A stretch of 50,927 bases of DNA, the filler included, from Streblomastix strix (Eukaryota): NCBI GenBank assembly GCA_008636045.1. It is 3 parts of 3 records of this genome, joined end to end, with 100 filler letters (N's around TTAATTAATTAA, not from the genome) between each part and the next. Parts side by side here need not be neighbours in the genome. Positions count along the whole stretch, not along the records: positions 34,023 to 50,927 come from SNRW01000750.1; 2 more parts are not named here. One strand, 5' to 3'. The translations under genes and the position numbers were made by a program. Shown piece by piece: positions 48,123 to 50,927 of the stretch (position 1 is its first letter; every line of letters begins with the position of its first letter). Below the pieces are notes generated by a model, which did not search any database, was not told the origin of the DNA, and worked only from the letters and a program-made list of their open reading frames with translations.

Positions 48123-49088
48123 TCATTTATCATCAGAATCTATCTGTAACTGCTAAACATTCCTCTTAAATACAAAAAAGCTATCCATTAAAATCGTGCT
48201 CGGGCTCTATTTAACCAGATCAGTCCGCATCACAGGGTGCGCCTACAGATAATCAGGATTGAGTGTCTTAAAGAAGTCCACAATAGTTGCAGATGACTGT
48301 GGATACACAGGATATATCTCTCCTCTTTGTTTCCTCCTCTCTCTCTCTACTTCAGCTTCCTTTCTCTTGGCTCTGAGGAATTTGATCAGCAAGTCTGTGA
48401 ATCTGTCACCAAGACTAGTCCCAAGCTCTGGACTGTAGTTTGTGGCATATCCAGACTCCCCCAATTGTGAGCAGCATATGGAGAAGAACCCATCCGTATT
48501 AACTGCTGTGGTCATTGTTGATGCCTGGCAGGTATCGAGGACGAAGAATAAGTTCTTGAATCTCCCTTTGCTCTTCATAATCTCCACACCCATGGCTAAA
48601 TCTTCACTTGAGAGCTGCGACTTGTCTCTGAATTTGAAGACATTCTCGTTTCCATGTCCTGTCAGATACACTATTACATTACTCTACGATGATGACCTCA
48701 GTTGTTTGTTAAGTGGTGTGCCATCAGGGTGATTGCCAGTCAACACTCGAATGAAGTTGTCTTCATTCACTTCAAAGCCTTTGTAGTCTATGACTCGACT
48801 GGGTGGGAAAATGTTCTATTAAAGATTTGTATCGCAATAAACTGTTCCTAACTAATTGTTTCGTGGGTTGTCCTCGAAGTTATCTGAAACCATAAGTACA
48901 ATATGCGAATCTGGGAAACCATTTTTCTTGAGCTCATTGTAGATTCCCAGTGCATTTGCTTCATGTCTATAGTTAAACCAGAAATTTGAAGCGCTGAGTA
49001 TTACAGCCCAATTATCACTATGTTCGTCAGTTGTAAGAGCTAGAACTAGGGGCTCTAAGCTTAATAACAAAGAGAGAAAAATTATCAT
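48123..49088 (-). CDS. GPI8: GPI-anchor transamidase catalytic subunit (peptidase C13), intronless, 321 aa
   Basis: Signal peptide, NWAVILSASNFWFNYRHEANAL, NPRN, and catalytic YLTGHG and DTCQAST motifs. Confidence 0.93.
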
Positions 49089-49563
49089 CTGATTTTTAAG
49101 TACAAAAAAATAAAAATAGTTAGAATGAGAAAATAAACGAAAATCTAGCAAGTTTTCTAAGTCAAATTGATAGCTATTCATTATATAGATAATTTAGTAT
49201 TTTATATTTTCATTAGACATAATAACTCAAAAAGTTCAAAACTATTTAAATGATTGAATAAGGCTGCATACACGTTTTTATTTAATTGGTCTTTTGCAAT
49301 ATACTATAAGTTCAAAATATGTTTAGAACGAATTTGAGTTATTTTAAAATAATAAATAAATCATTTTGAATATTCACATTATAGAAATAAAGTTAAGAAT
49401 CATTGTATTTATTAAATTACAAAAATAACATGAATAGGATGTTTAGAAGGTTTATTTCCTATATGATTATCGAGAAAAATGATGAGATATAAATAAATGT
49501 TAAAAAAAATAAATATATGATGATTAACAAGCGAATGAAAATTTCAGTGATGGTGATGCATAT

Positions 49564-49931
49564 TCAAATATGTTCGTCAATTACAGCGCGGAGCTTCTCT
49601 TCGCTTGTTCCGGAGAATTCACCAACCTATTCACCGGATTTGTAAAGGCGAAATGTTGGTACCCCTTCAATTGAATCCACCTCATCCAAGTCTGCAAGCT
49701 TGTCCACATCGCAATCAACGAAGATAATGTCAGGATACGATTCTGGCAGTGAATGGAATACAGGTCGCATCATCTGACATGGAGGGCACCAAGGGGCATT
49801 ATAATCGCAGACTACAAGCTTGTCACCAGCGTTTGCAAGCACATCTTCCCACTCGGCGGGCGTCTCTGGGTGAAACATTGGCTAAATTGAACATAATATT
49901 ACCGAATGTTCAAATAAAAGTATCATACCAT
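49564..49931 (-). CDS. TRX: Thioredoxin (WCPPC); ATG followed directly by a 47-nt intron (49882-49928)
   Basis: KLVVCDYNAPWCPPCQMMRP...VDCDVD...GVPTF...GEFSG. The frame reads through TAG at 49627-49629 to TGA at 49564-49566. Confidence 0.93.
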
Positions 49932-50877
49932 TGTTATAAAATTTCAGATGTGCTATAAGATAAATAAAAATATACAAATTAAATGTAAATTTATATGATA
50001 ACGAATGAAAAAACAAATAATAAAATATATATATACAATTTAATTAGATATCCAAGCAATAATAAGTGAAAAACAGTATTTTTTCTTGTTTCTCTTGTTT
50101 TTGAATATAATCAGGTAAATACTAAGAAAAGTTGTATGTAAATGATTGAAATAATATAAATATTAATTAATTATCCGTGAATTATGTAAAATACGGGGAA
50201 AAAACGGGTTTTAGTTTTATTCATCTAATCAGCATAATTCTTCGATTTGTATATCGGAATAAATAACGTTTGTTGTATGGAATATTTATATTAGTATGCG
50301 TGAGGTAGCACAAGCGAACTGGTGGCCACAAACTGTTTTTTATTTTCAACCCCTTAGCGCAATTAAGTTGATTTTCAACTTTCCTGTATCGTTCGTAGGA
50401 CTTTGTGCAATACAGAATCTCATTATAGTTAAGCAACTATTTATATTTCTAAACATTACTTTTAGATATTGAGCCAAACAAGCAATAAGCAAAAAAACTT
50501 GAATACCCAGCACTTTTATTATATTATAATGTTTAAATTAATTTTTTATTGATACAGTAATATATGGGCATCTAACTGCACTCAAAAATACTTTAATAGA
50601 ACAATGAATATGTAGAAAATGTCAATCTAACTAAATATTCCTCATTTTGTTCTTATTTTTAGCAAAATACACAGATTTTATTCAAATTTTTCTGTAAATT
50701 TATTTATATTAATCAATTTTTTGAATTCTAACTTAATAATTATTTGAATATATAAGAAACCGCAATTTTCCGATCCTTATTTTTTTTATTTTTTGTTTTT
50801 TCATTCGTTATCATATAAATTTACATTTAATTATTATATTTTTATTTATCTTATAGCACATCTGAAATTTTATAACA

Positions 50878-50927
50878 ATGGTATGATACTTTTATTTGAA
50901 CATTCGGTAATATTATGTTCAATTTAG
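50878..50927 (+). CDS. Start codon and first intron of a second, inverted thioredoxin copy (truncated by the window end)
   Basis: About 50781-50927 is the reverse complement of about 49882-50025, including ATG-GTATGA...TTTAG. Confidence 0.65.

Overview
Very AT-rich eukaryotic DNA, not prokaryotic. It consists of three contigs joined by artificial 100-bp N/TTAATTAATTAA/N spacers (16918-17017, 33923-34022). Genes become continuous only if TAA/TAG are read as Gln and TGA is the sole stop, so the standard-code ORF track is mostly fragments or antisense noise. The code, short AT-rich GT-AG introns and gene content suggest an oxymonad such as Streblomastix (inference). Contig 1 holds a >2,250-aa intronless repeat surface protein and a bacterial-type 2-hydroxyacyl-CoA dehydratase activase/dehydratase gene split by about 32 introns. 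Contig 2 holds a 5'-chimeric ubiquitin-L40 gene, BRCA2, an F-box/LRR protein, an RPGRIP1L-like protein and DDX54. Contig 3 holds a decayed virus-like SF3 helicase element, a MITE, a SHIPPO-like repeat protein, CFAP96, a 1,352-aa type I membrane protein, V-ATPase subunit G, GPI8 and a head-to-head thioredoxin duplication. Gene models were built by hand and family assignments come from recognised motifs, not database searches.
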